Shown here one piece after another: positions 25,479 through 37,408 of a stretch of 64,000 bases of DNA (positions are counted from its first letter, which is position 1; every line of letters begins with the position of its first letter). The notes beneath the pieces were generated by a model that did not search any database, was not told the origin of the DNA, and saw nothing but the letters and a program-made list of their open reading frames with translations. The position numbers were made by a program, and so were the translations under genes. Source of the DNA: Rhynchobatus australiae (lineage: Eukaryota); the NCBI GenBank assembly GCA_034780895.1, contig JAUZTB010000068.1, positions 26,732,507 to 26,796,506 of the forward strand, given 5' to 3'.

Positions 25479-26499
25479 TTATGGGGAGAAAGTCTGCCTC
25501 CAAGTTAAGTAATTTTGTTGAAATCAATATTAGTTGCACTGTTACTACAATATAATGATAGCATTTAATTGCTTGTATCACACTGACTACAGTCAAATGC
25601 TAAAGTCCTGAAGGCTTAAATGACCCTGAAAATATGTGGTTTTTGAGAATGAGTGCACTGGAAGNNNNNNNNNNNNNNNNNNNNNNNNNNNNNNNNNNNN
25701 NNNNNNNNNNNNNNNNNNNNNNNNNNNNNNNNNNNNNNNNNNNNNNNNNNNNNNNNNNNNNNNNCTGGAAGGAGAGACACAATGGGAATCATGAGAAAAT
25801 TTCCAGGATCAAACACTATCTTGAAACACATCCCAACAAGTATTCTCTTTGGGTTGGCGGGGGGGGGGAGGGGGCTGGGCTGTGACATTCCTGGCATGTG
25901 GCTCATGGTGTTGTGGGTCTGGAATGTGTGGGTCCTTGACCTGGTCTTACTTTTCCTCTTCCTCCTGCTCTTCCTGCTCATCCTGTTGTTGGTGTTCATC
26001 TCCTGCTCCTGGGGTCTTGGCTGCTCATGTTCCACTCACTCTATCTCAGCAGGCAATGCCTGACACCATCTAATGGTCAGGTTATTCACTGCATGCGCCA
26101 CTTAAGAAATTTCCTTGTCAGTTTCCAAAGCAAATCTCTGAATTAGCCAGCAGCTGCATTTGGAGACACAAGCAACTGCAGATGCGTCTTGCCTTCCTGC
26201 CTTCAGTTTGAATGGAGACGTACACTTTTAAACGTATATCAAATATAAGTAAGACTGTTTAATGATATAACTGACAACAAATAATAGTGGTCATTTAGGT
26301 TTGCAACTTGCTGCTCCTGTTTCAGACAGGATAATTAAAATGAAATAATGTCTTGAAAAATAAACCTGCTAGACAGCAAAATGAACTGACCACACTAAAA
26401 ACCTGCCACACTCTCTCTGCCTGCGTCAAGAACAGTGAGTTGAAAGAATATATACATGGACAAAATCTGTTGTTCTTTCTGCTCCATGAGTTTAATTTT

Positions 26500-27423
26500 T
26501 TTCCATGCAAATTCCATAAGAGTGAATTTTATTCCATATCTCTGATTTTTGGGGAATGATTTGTGACTTCCGTAGGGGCAAATTTCTGTAACCTGAATGA
26601 CCATAATGCTGAGGTCACCCATTCTACAGAACAGTCAGACAGCATAATCCCATTTTCAGCAGTTTTGATGTTGCCGCCAATCAACCCCCAGTGTTTGCGT
26701 AGATGTCATTGTACTTTGCTCAGCTGGTGTGTTTGGAGCTCCGATCAGAGTGAACAGCGCACCTGGAATTGATGATTATAAAGGTCCTTTGATAGACTAT
26801 TGCTAACTACACCTTGAGAGAATGCACCCCTTCGTGTTAAAGGCTGTGCATGGCAGATCTGAAGGCCATGTGCATGTGGTCTACAAATGCATTTGGAAGG
26901 TCTGCCACTGCAAGTGTCTTGTTTGCTTTGCCTGCTGCTGTGGATGCAAGTGAAGTACATGACTTATCCTCTTCTGGAGCAGTGATTTCCCTAAAGCTGG
27001 GACGGGCAACAAACTGGGAGTTGTAGCACATATCACCGTTGTGACCTGGATTGACTCCAAGAATAGGAAGTTGAAAGTGATGACGCTTGAATCTGAGGGC
27101 TGTTCAGCCATATATGATCACGTCATTTGCGATGTCATGGATCTCAGTGAGATCTCATAGAAGCATGATTACTTCACTGAGAACTCGAGATATGGGTGTG
27201 CCTCCCTGTAAAGCCCATGTGGATAAGGTTTTCAGTGATGAGCTTGCTGCAGCTCTACTTGCTGTGTCATTGTGCCAGGTGGGCAATCACTACAATATCT
27301 GGGTACATTCCTCCATTTTTTTATAGTAAGTAATATTGATTGTGAACAATTTTAAGGGTGTCGCCCCTTTAAGGACCATGTCATCTGTATTTTGTCAACA
27401 ATTTTAATCCCCTTCCAAAACCT
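26500..27423 (-). other. RSPO1: Putative RSPO1 3' UTR
   Basis: Unique, repeat-free sequence after the candidate stop, with minus-strand AATAAA at 26528-26533 and ATTAAA at 26491-26496. The end point is an inference. Confidence 0.3.
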
Positions 27424-27479
27424 TCAGCACTTTGTTAAAACCTGTCCTACAGCGTGCGCGTTCCTCTGTTTCCTTCTGC
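27424..27479 (-). CDS. RSPO1: Probable RSPO1 terminal coding exon (short basic tail and stop)
   Basis: Acceptor ttttgtatatttag|GC AGA AGG AAA CAG AGG... read in phase 1 gives (G)RRKQRNAHAVGQVLTKC*. It starts with G plus basic residues like other R-spondin last exons, retains CpGs locally, and is followed by about 1 kb of repeat-free sequence. It is shorter than tetrapod tails, so less certain. Confidence 0.6.
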
Positions 27480-28799
27480 CTAAATATACAAAATGACAGT
27501 AAAATAATATCAGCAAGTAAACTGTTTATATTTATGGAATGATGTTATTACAAAATGATAAATTATTGTACAACAGAAAGCTCTTGTACTGCAAATTCCT
27601 GAGGTGTAAATAAAAGAAGTTTAAGACATTGATGCATGTGCAACCCTATGTCAGTTCAATAGCCGCTGGATGTCANNNNNNNNNNNNNNNNNNNNNNNNN
27701 NNNNNNNNNNNNNNNNNNNNNNNNNNNNNNNNNNNNNNNNNNNNNNNNNNNNNNNNNNNNNNNNNNNNNNNNNNNTGGATGTCAAATGAGTCTGGCAACA
27801 CAGACAGAGTCTAGGCAATTCTCTGAATACATTCTCCATTTTATTATGTTTATCTATATCTTTTCCCTTTTTCAATATTTAATCATTTTGTTTTTGAATT
27901 ACGTTGTTCAAGATTCTGCATCCAGCCTTCCTTGTTTTCATAGAGTTCTGCATCAGCAAAATAATTCTCCCACACATCACCTTCATTTATAAGTGACAAT
28001 ATTAAGTTGTCATTACCAGCGCATCAACCAATGATTATAGTCTGTCTGAGGTTTCCCAGTTTATTCTATTAAAATTCCTCATAAGTTTTGTTGTTCTGTC
28101 AAATACTCTCTTCAATTTCTCAGTTCTAGTGTAAGACACCGAGTTTTCCCAGGCACATAGTGAAAGCTTCGTACTGCTGCTATCAACCTAGTAGATCTCT
28201 GATATTCCCTGTATTGGCTTTTACAGCTTTTCTAAAGCATCCAAAACTAACTTTGTTCTAAATGTAGCCTAAATAGTGATGTGTGTAGGTTTAATGTTAC
28301 ATCTTTAGTCTAGTTATTGATGTCTCATTTTGTGAAACCTTGGATTCTAGATTTCCAGATATATAAACCCTCCCTATTTTTAAAAAAATCTAAATACTTC
28401 CAACTGTTGTTTTAAGATTTAACAAGGATATTTTCTCTCACTTGCTAAAGTGTATCATTTCACATTTATTCAAATTAAATTTTATTTCACATTTATATCT
28501 TCAACCTCCTAACTTATCTTTTCTATAGAAGTTGCAAATAGTTGTGTCCACAGTTAATGGAGGGAATATTAACCTTCTCAGATGGAATGGAGAGAAGAGA
28601 GTGGTAAGTGTATTGGGAATGGTCAGATAGGTAAAAAAGAATCCAATCCAACATTAAGCTGTGTTTAACCCTTTTGTTTTGTTTTAACAGAGGTGGGTCG
28701 GTCACCAAAGTATCTTCGCGTATGCTTCCATTTTTGTTGTGCGTGCAATATTGATTGTGCCCAATTAATTTTACTTTAAGACTGTTATGTCTTTGAGGA

Positions 28800-28813
28800 T
28801 TACGTCACGTGAC
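28800..28813. promoter_or_regulatory. Overlapping CRE-like (TTACGTCA) and palindromic E-box/CLEAR (GTCACGTGAC) motif
   Basis: Sequence ttacgtcacgtgac at the end of a small CpG-retaining patch (28697-28813) in the last RSPO1 intron. Motif match only. Confidence 0.3.
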
Positions 28814-28934
28814 TAACTGCTGTCTCAGTTGCAGCAATGTTTTGCAGCAACTTCCAGAGGCAGTCTGTGAAAGGCCTTGACTGAACTATGCACATTTTTT
28901 CTGAGCTCCTTAGTCTCACTTATGAATATCTGTA

Positions 28935-29665
28935 TTCTCTTGCAAGTCCATAGCTCGCTGAAAGAGGTGGAGGCATTTGGTATGCTTGCTTTCATAGGCC
29001 GAGACACTATGAGAATTTTTTTTAAACAAAATAAACTTTATTCATAATAAAAAAGAAACTATATAGAATTGGGACGTCATGTTGGAGTTGTACAAAACAT
29101 TGGTTAGACCTCACTTAGAGTGTTGTGCACATTTCTGTTCACCACACTACATGAAGGACATGGTATCAATAGAGACAGTACAGAAGATATAGACCAGAAT
29201 GTTACCTGGAATGGAGGGCTGAAGTTATAAGGGGAGGTTGGGTAGGCTGGGTTTATTCTCACTTGAACTTAGGAGCTGAGGGGTGACCTTATGGAGATCT
29301 ACAAAATTATGAGGGGCATAGATCAGATAGATAGTTAATATTTATTTTTCCAGGACAGGTGAGTCTAGAACTAGAGGGCACAGACTTAAGGTGAGAGGGG
29401 AGAAATTTAAAGGTGATCTGAGGAGTAAGTTTTTTTACACAGAGAGTGGTGAATATCTGGAATGAGCTGCCAGAGGATACTGTCAGGGCAAATACAATTA
29501 CAATATTTAATAGGAATTTGGACAGTATTCAGACTGGAAGCCAGTAGAGGCATATGCACCTAACGTGGGCAAATGGGATTAGTGTAGATAGGCATCAGGG
29601 TCAGCTTGGACCAGATGAGCCAACAGGGCTCGCTTCTGTGCTATATGTTTCTACGAGTCTCTGAT
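28935..29665 (+). mobile_element. CR1-type LINE 3' fragment with nested short insertion
   Basis: AFGMLAFIGR, WDVMLELYKTLVRPHLE, GDLMEIYKIMRGID and RTRGHRLKVRG motifs. The 3' end is ttctgtgctatatgtttcta. Confidence 0.9.
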
Positions 29666-31842
29666 GTTATTCAAGGATATGATCAACTGAATACACATAT
29701 GTTACAGTTTTAACTGCATTTTTATTTTTTAACTCAGAGAGTGGCATTCCCATCAGGTAAAAGCAGGTGGAAATGCTGAAACCCACAAGGTAAGTGTCTT
29801 TATCAAGCTGTTAGTAAATCAGGAAGAAGAACTCTGTTTCCTCCAGTTTCAATAATCTGACCTCCAGGCAATTGCCTGACATTGGAATACTTGAAATCTG
29901 CCCAGCATACATCCAGCTGATTGATCTACCTGGCTGTTGAATGGGAAACTGTGTTTCCAATTTAAGTATTCTCCTGCCCCCATGCTCCTCCCCAACTCTC
30001 ATCCCAGTCCTGAGTAAATATTAGGACAAAAACGTAAGGAATTACATTAACTAACTCTCATTGAAGTCCCTTATCAATGAAAAGTCAGGCACATCCCAGA
30101 GAGTGCAGTGACTATGGAGATCAGCATTGCANNNNNNNNNNNNNNNNNNNNNNNNNNNNNNNNNNNNNNNNNNNNNNNNNNNNNNNNNNNNNNNNNNNNN
30201 NNNNNNNNNNNNNNNNNNNNNNNNNNNNNNNNNNNNNNNNNNNNNNNNNNNNNNNNNNNNNNNNNNNNNNNNNNNNNNNNNNNNNNNNNNNNNNNNNNNN
30301 NNNNNNNNNNNNNNNNNNNNNNNNNNNNNNNNNNNNNNNNNNNNNNNNNNNNNNNNNNNNNNNNNNNNNNNNNNNNNNNNNNNNNNNNNNNNNNNNNNNN
30401 NNNNNNNNNNNNNNNNNNNNNNNNNNNNNNNNNNNNNNNNNNNNNNNNNNNNNNNNNNNNNNNNNNNNNNNNNNNNNNNNNNNNNNNNNNNNNNNNNNNN
30501 NNNNNNNNNNNNNNNNNNNNNNNNNNNNNNNNNNNNNNNNNNNNNNNNNNNNNNNNNNNNNNNNNNNNNNNNNNNNNNNNNNNNNNNNNNNNNNNNNNNN
30601 NNNNNAAATGGGTAATTGGTGGCCAATGTGAACTCTGGGCTGCAGGGCCAGTTTTCATATTGTATTTTTTATGACTACGATAATATCCCCTGACCACCTA
30701 CAGGCTGACCATCAAAATAAAATTGCTTATAAAAAGTTGCTAAGTGATGTGACTGCATCACATTTCTTCATTTACAACATCTACAACTGAGTCAGAAACA
30801 GATTTTTCCACAGGAACTTCTCTATTCGACATCCAGACCTACAAGACGAGAGGTGTCATTTTTAGATAAGGTAATTGACATTGCTTTAAGTTACAAGCTG
30901 GATTTTTAACACAGTATTTAGTGATATTATACCAACTGCTATTGTTTTAATATGTATGTAGTTCAGCAAAGCTTTTTGTTTGTGGAAGATAGGTCTACAC
31001 TGATATTACTGGTGATTGCTGATAATTGCTGCTTTCGTCCGGATGTTGTGGCTCTAAAAAGGTATTTGACAGACCAGAGCCAAAATAAATGAAAGAAAGC
31101 TTTGGCAAGTAAAGTATCTCAAGTCTGATGTTCTGCTGCATACATAATAAAATTATACAAGCACATGCACACCAAGTGACCTATTAATAAGGACCTCTCA
31201 TCATAACAAACCTTTTTGCTGGCCTCATAGAAACAGCGATAACTGTTTTCCACAAGGAAATCTGGCAAAAACAATTATTTTACAGAGTGCCATAAATTTG
31301 TAAGGAGTTTTCAACCCTGCCCAGAACAGCAGTAAAAATACAAGTTATAGCTTGAGGGAGGTAAAAGGTAGAGCAAAGTCTCAATCATTCAGAACTTCCC
31401 CTTTAACCTTCTCCTAATTCCCCTAAAGCCCTTCTCACATTAAATGTTGACTGAAATTGAAAGCAATGTTGAGTTGGAATTTATAGAATTACAGATCTTA
31501 TTACATTGAATATTCAGCATAAGAAGTGTTTTTTGGTGAGAAACATTTTGCAGCTGCAACTTTTATGTTATTAGAAAGAGGATCAATTCCACACAGTCAA
31601 CTGTGAATGCACAACAGCCACTAATTCTCCTCCAGCTCAGCAAGAACTTATCAAATGTTTAGATGTTTAGTTCTTGGGGATCTGGACAATAATGGCAAGA
31701 TGGCATTGATAGTCCCACTCTGGTTGCCTTGACTCAGGCACCGATAAGGAACTGGAATCATACACAAGTCAAGGAAGACAGATATTACCAAGATTACCAG
31801 TGAACCAACTGGAATTTATCAGAAAATAAAAACTTCTGTTTT

Positions 31843-32268
31843 AGAACATAGAGCATTACAGTACAGTACAGGGCCCTTTGACCCACAATGTTGTGCCAAC
31901 ATTTTATCCTGCTGTAAGATCTATCAAACCCTTCCCTCCCACATAGCCCCCCATTTCTCTATCATTCATGTGTCTATCTCAGAGTCTCTTAAATGTCCCT
32001 GGTGTATCTGCCCCCACAACCTCTGTCAGCAGTGCATTCCATGCACCCACCACTCTCTGTGTAAAAAACTTATCCCTGTCATCCCCCTCATATCTTTCTC
32101 CAATCATCTTAAAATTATGCCCCTTCNNNNNNNNNNNNNNNNNNNNNNNNNNNNNCTCTGACTGTCCACTCGATCTATGCCTCTCATCATCTTGTACACC
32201 TCTATCAAGTCACCTCTCATCCTCCTTCTCTCTGAACAGAAAAGCCCTAACTTGCTCAACCTATCCAG
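31843..32268 (-). mobile_element. CR1-type LINE 3' end
   Basis: Minus ORF DRLSKLGLFCSERRRMRGDLIEVYKMMRGIDRVDSQ, with the CR1 3' terminus at about 31845. Confidence 0.88.
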
Positions 32269-33219
32269 CAATGGACTTTGAAGTGTCATTTATCTGATCC
32301 AACTTCATAGTTTCTGGTGGTCAGGTTCACTCTCATAGCCTCTAGGATGTCAGGCCAGCACAATAACTAATAGGTTACCATGCACACAGAAAGTGAGAAA
32401 GCAAATTCATTTAGATCAAATACAATTGTCTCAAAACTCAAATGTTCCCAAAAGGGGAAGGGTATCAGAAGTGGGAGACTGGCATTTGGTGGTATGGGTT
32501 GATGCAGGGAGATATTGGTAATGAGAGGATAGGAAATGGTGGTGATGTGGTTGATGCTGGGGAATATTGGAAGTGGGAGATGAGAAATCAGTGGTGTTGT
32601 GGGTTGCTGCAAGGGATATTAAGAACAGGAGACCAGCAGTCGATGGTGATGTGGATTTGGTGTGGGGCTGATGATTGGGAGTAGGAAACCAATGATTCTT
32701 GGAAGGGTGAAGTGGATGTGGTAGAGACATTGGTGATAAGCAACACAATGAGAGGTATTGAGTCCTGCAACACATGAAGAAACCATAGGGTTTGGAGAGG
32801 CCACCAGTTGTGGGGGATTATGGAGTTAGTCTAGCAATCTGAATGTGGTGGGAGTTTCAGTGCTGTGTGGAATTTGGGGTGAAATCCAAGGATAAAGGCA
32901 AGTAATTTATTTCAAGACAGCTGTAGTAGTCCAGCGGCATGTTCATGATACCATGTTATCCTTGGAGTTCTCAATGGTGGTTGCTCCCATGGCACTGGTC
33001 GAGGTTTCCCACCAAAAGGAGCATTGCATGGGGAACGGCATCCATCTGTGCAGGCCAGATGTGAAAATTGGGTCAAGGTTGCGAGGGTGGAAGTGACCGG
33101 TCAAAGCTATGGAAGCAATTCCAGGGAAAGTAACAGGCAAATATTTTCACCAGGATCACCACAACATTCTATGCAGTGAGAAGGTTTCTCCTTGTCTGCA
33201 GGAGTTCCAAATAATTTGA

Positions 33220-33807
33220 TGTAGGGGAGGATCTCAGTGTGCTGGTTCATGAAACTCAGAAAGATGATGTGGAGGTGAGGCAAGCAATCAGGAAAGCAAA
33301 TTGCCTGTTGACTTTTATTGTAAAGAATCTGGAATACAAAGGAAGGAAGCTTTCCTGCAGTTGTCCAGGGTTTTTGTGAGATGAGAGTGCTATGTGTCGT
33401 TTTGGTCTCCAGACATAAAGACTAACTTCATTGTTGAGATGAGGATGTTGTCCAGTGAGGAGGGATTCTGTTAGACTCCCTTATACACACTGAAGTTTAT
33501 AAGAATGAAATGTGATTTTGTTGGGTTTTGAGAAGGTTTAACGGGCCAGATGTCAAGAGGCTGGCTGAAGTGTCATCTCAGGGGAAGGAATTGTTTGCTC
33601 AAAGGACTATGTCTTTTAAATTCACTTCACAAATGGGTTGTGAATGCCCATATACTGAGTATATTCACTGCCGACATAATTAGATTTTTGCATGCAAAAT
33701 ATATGAAGAGATATAGGAATCCAGTAGGAAAGTCACCTTGAGGTGCAAAATCATGCACAGTCTCATTGCAAGGTGGAACAAGTTTTCAGGACAGTCCAGC
33801 CCATTTC
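33220..33807 (+). mobile_element. Highly degenerate CR1-type LINE fragment
   Basis: Residual gatctcagtgtgctggttcatga, aagcaatcaggaaagcaaat and 3' end motifs. Confidence 0.55.
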
Positions 33808-34925
33808 NNNNNNNNNNNNNNNNNNNNNNNNNNNNNNNNNNNNNNNNNNNNNNNNNNNNNNNNNNNNNNNNNNNNNNNNNNNNNNNNNNNNNNNNNNNNN
33901 NNNNNNNTTTTTCATGCCAAAATTAACAATTTCATATTATTTATATGTTCTTATATTTATTTTTGTAAATAAAAATCATTCCCTTCATACTTGCGGCATG
34001 ATTTTTCACTGCAAAATGTTGATTCAACTTCGTCGCAAACATAAATAATATGAAAGACATTTCTATATATTCTTAAATTCTGTAACTATTTACACATGCA
34101 GCATGGAGAAACAGTGTCAAGTGCTTCAAAAGGGTATAATAAAAAATACTGAGCAGGAGGAGGTATTAAAAGGAGATAACAGAAGCTTGTTCATTGGAGT
34201 GAAGAAGCAATCAGCCCTAGAACATCCACCTGTGAATTATTGTGAATGTTCCTTGTATTGAAAGACATGATGATTCAATGTCCATTTACTAATGTTCTCA
34301 CCTTAGTAAAAAAAAGATGAAATACTCGCCCCAAAATGATATGCCATGTAAATTTTGGGGAAAGGAGGAAAGGTAAGGCAGAATGACTCTGTAAAACCTC
34401 AGCTGGAGTTCACTGGACTGGAGAAACCCCAGTGTAGCAGGTTCTCATTGACTGTGGAAAGCTTGAGTACCTTATCAAACTCTATGCTTTCTAATGTTCT
34501 TCCACTAAGTTCAAAATAGTTACACACAGATGAAGAATCCTGGCAAGTCCACTATTTCTTTTTTGCAAATATTTTGAAATACACAATGTTAAGCATAGGA
34601 ACAGGAGGAGGCCATTCATTCCATTGTCACTCCATTCAATTAATTACTGGGTGACATAGTGCATAGCAATCCTGAAGTGCCTGTGCACTTTATAGTATGG
34701 GTTAATATTATTTTCTTTGGGCTTGAAATGCTACTTTTCATTAAACATACAACCTAAACTTAACACTTAATTTTTTTAAAAGTACTCTTCATTTGATAAC
34801 AATTACTGTATGGTAGAATGTAATAGCTTCCTTCAATCCAAGGGCATCATTTTGACTCAGACAGGCAAAAGCTATTGTTGGTCAATTGGACAATGAAGAA
34901 TAAAATCAGACACAGAGTTAAACCA

Positions 34926-35147
34926 GTTTGTACATTCTCTGCGTGTCTGTGTGGGTTTCCTCCGGGTGCTCCGGTTTCCTTCCACATTCCAAAGACGTGC
35001 AGGTTAGGAGCTGTGGGCACGCTATGTTGGGGCCAGAAGAATGGTGACACTTGTGGGCTGCCCCCAACTCTTTCTCAGTAATGTAAAGAGTTGTATTTCA
35101 CTGTGTGTTCTGATGTACATGTGACTAATAAATAAATATCTTATCTT
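34926..35147 (+). mobile_element. 5'-truncated V-SINE with Rex1-like tail
   Basis: V-domain gggtttcctccgggtgctccggtttccttccacattccaaagac and tail tttcactgtgtgttctgatgtacatgtgactaataaa. Confidence 0.85.
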
Positions 35148-35553
35148 AAACCAGAGACTGACATGTTTCCTTCAACTTCCCACTGGGGTAGGTCTGACTA
35201 GAATTATTCTCCCAATCAGCACCCCCTTCCAAACTCTGCTCCCAGTTCCCCACCCATAATTTTGTGTTGTGGAATTGGTTGGGTGACATGAACTGACTCT
35301 GAAATGATGTTCAATATAAGCCTTTGTTGGCATTAATTCCTCAGCAGGCAAGTGGTTAACCACAAAGACCAGATCAGCTCTTGCACTGTTATTTCATTCT
35401 GCAAGGATTTTCCACGAATGACCATGTGCTTCCATGGACCACCTCTGTTAATGTTCATGAATCATTGCCACTGCATAAATGGATGTGGTTGGATGATGTG
35501 ATGGGCTAATTGTTAAAATCATTTGAGATCCTTTGGTAACTTTCGTCACTTAC

Positions 35554-35742
35554 CATTTGAGCAAGGCTTTCGCTGCACTGTGCAACTTCTGCTCTCTCTG
35601 ACTGGGGGGCATGTTACATCTTCTGACGCAGGCTTTTGAAGCACTTGCCTGGTCCTTGTTTCAGAGCCCCTTTTGAAACCACATAACTTCTCTCGTTTGG
35701 TACATGGACCCCAGACGCTCCACTCACTCAGTTCACAGGGAG
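35554..35742 (-). CDS. RSPO1: R-spondin 1, thrombospondin type 1 domain exon (189 bp, phase 1/1)
   Basis: Minus strand reads ...tttttcacag|CT CCC TGT...TCA AAT G|gtaagt. It translates as (A)PCELSEWSVWGPCTKREKLCGFKRGSETRTRQVLQKPASEDVTCPPVRESRSCTVQRKPCSN, with WxxWxxC, CGFxRGxExRTR and six Cys. It splices in frame with the previous exon. Confidence 0.97.
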
Positions 35743-36819
35743 CTGTGAAAAATTGAGAAGTGAAAGTTATGACCCATTAGAAAGCAAAATTTTCTTGTAA
35801 AAGGACTGGTCTAAAATTAATATCAGAAAAGCACATACATGTTCCACAGGAGCACATCTGAAAGCATTGCTAAATCCATGTTTTATTAATCTGTTATTAT
35901 AACATTAATTTACAAGCTGCTTTATTTATCAAAATGAAAACAAACTCAATGATTTAGTAATAATTTAAATTTATAAGTAATTTTGCACAGAGGGTTCATT
36001 GTACTTGGAAATTGGATTGAGTCTGTCGAGAAAGAGAGAGAAAGCTTTACTCAGTTTGGTTTAAGAATCAAAATGAAGTTGTGGACCTGCAGATTTTCTC
36101 TGAGTATCTTTAGCAGCCAGATGTTCTATCAGTGCAGACCAAATAGACTGTGGCTGAGAATGATCAGGGATAGGCACGGTGATGAGTTAGCTCAGAAACA
36201 CGATTTTATCTCAACAAAGCAGAGCAGCAGACGCAGTTGCCACCTTCAAGACACCAAACTCATCTCTTAACCTCTGCTAAGCAATGGATCAAAATGCACT
36301 TGCACACACCATGATTGAGAAAATTAGAGAGGAACAATTTTCTAAGATGATTTGAAATGGATGGCGTTGTATTCATAGATTCCTTTTAGTTGCTAATATG
36401 TCAAATCAAATGAATTGTTTGAAACAGTTCTGAGATTCTGCAGTTATTAAGGGAAGCGAGTATTATGTTCTGGAGATTCTCCTGTTATGTTATAATGGTA
36501 ATTATCTTTCACCCAGTTTAAATGCATGGGTAGTTCTTGCCAATGTTGAGGGAAGTCATTGATAAGTGTTTGGGAATCAGGCACTCCTGAATGGGTCACA
36601 GCTCTGGCCATATTGTCTCAACTATCATTAGGCCCCATTCTGTGTCCTCATTAGGACATCTCCATTTTCCATTCCATTCCATTCCAAAGTGACCAAAATG
36701 TGTTTTCTGCGGTGGATTCCAAACCTGGTCCCACACTTGATATCTAGACCCAGTATTTCTGTGGAAACGTAAGAAGAAGAAGATTTTTAGTAAGTAGAGT
36801 CAATCTGCTGTGTACTTAC

Positions 36820-36969
36820 CAGCATGGTTACACTCCATGGTGCCATTTATGGCTGCAAAACCCTCTGGACAGCTGTCATAACATTTCCCTCGATGCAGGT
36901 ACAGCTTTTCTTTACATTTAGTACAAAAGTTCCTGCTAAAGCAGGCCTCACAGTTCTCAATTTTGCATT
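36820..36969 (-). CDS. RSPO1: R-spondin 1, furin-like repeat 2 exon (150 bp, phase 1/1)
   Basis: Minus strand reads ...tatctttgcag|AA TGC AAA...CAT GCT G|gtaagt. It translates as (K)[49 protein letters not shown], closely matching human RSPO1 [50 protein letters not shown], including the CFSxNFC phenylalanines and the NGT sequon. Absent from the ORF track. Confidence 0.97.
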
Positions 36970-37119
36970 CTGCAAAGATAATGACAAGAACATTCTTAGT
37001 TTACAGTGTAGCTTCAGGTATTAATAGAATAATTCAGGTATTAACAGATTACAATCCAATGTAAATTGGATGGTCCAATGCACAGTGACTTGATGTTGTC
37101 TGGGTATGATAAACTTTTC

Positions 37120-37408
37120 AAACCCACAACCTGTACCAGCTAGGACAAGAACAGAAAAAGCATAGGAACACCACCACCTGGAAGTTGCCTTCCAAGCAAC
37201 GCACCATCCTGACTTGGAAATATATATCAGTGTTGCTGGGTGAAAATCCTGGAACTCCCTCCCTCACAACATTGTGGATATAACCACACCTCAAGAACTG
37301 CAGTGGATCATGAACGCAGCTCATTTCCACCTTCTCAAGGGCAACTAGGGATGGACAGTTAAATGTTGGCTCAGCCTGGAAGCCCATATCCCTTGAATGA
37401 ATAAAAAG
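37120..37408 (+). mobile_element. CR1/L2-group LINE 3' end
   Basis: accaccacctggaagttgccttccaagcaacgcaccatcctgacttggaaatatat...ttctcaagggcaactagggatgg...gaatgaataaaaa. Several homologues in the window. Confidence 0.7.

Noticed and set aside
25870-26060. Basic stretch RKSRRKRKSKTRSRT as an alternative RSPO1 tail
   Set aside because: No polypyrimidine tract, and an in-frame stop lies immediately upstream. It is a purine-rich low-complexity tract that reads acidic in the next frame, more likely a transposon relic.
32440-32880. G/purine-rich tract (similar tract at 40820-41060) with ORFs in several frames
   Set aside because: Low-complexity strand bias explains the open frames. No periodic unit or domain.
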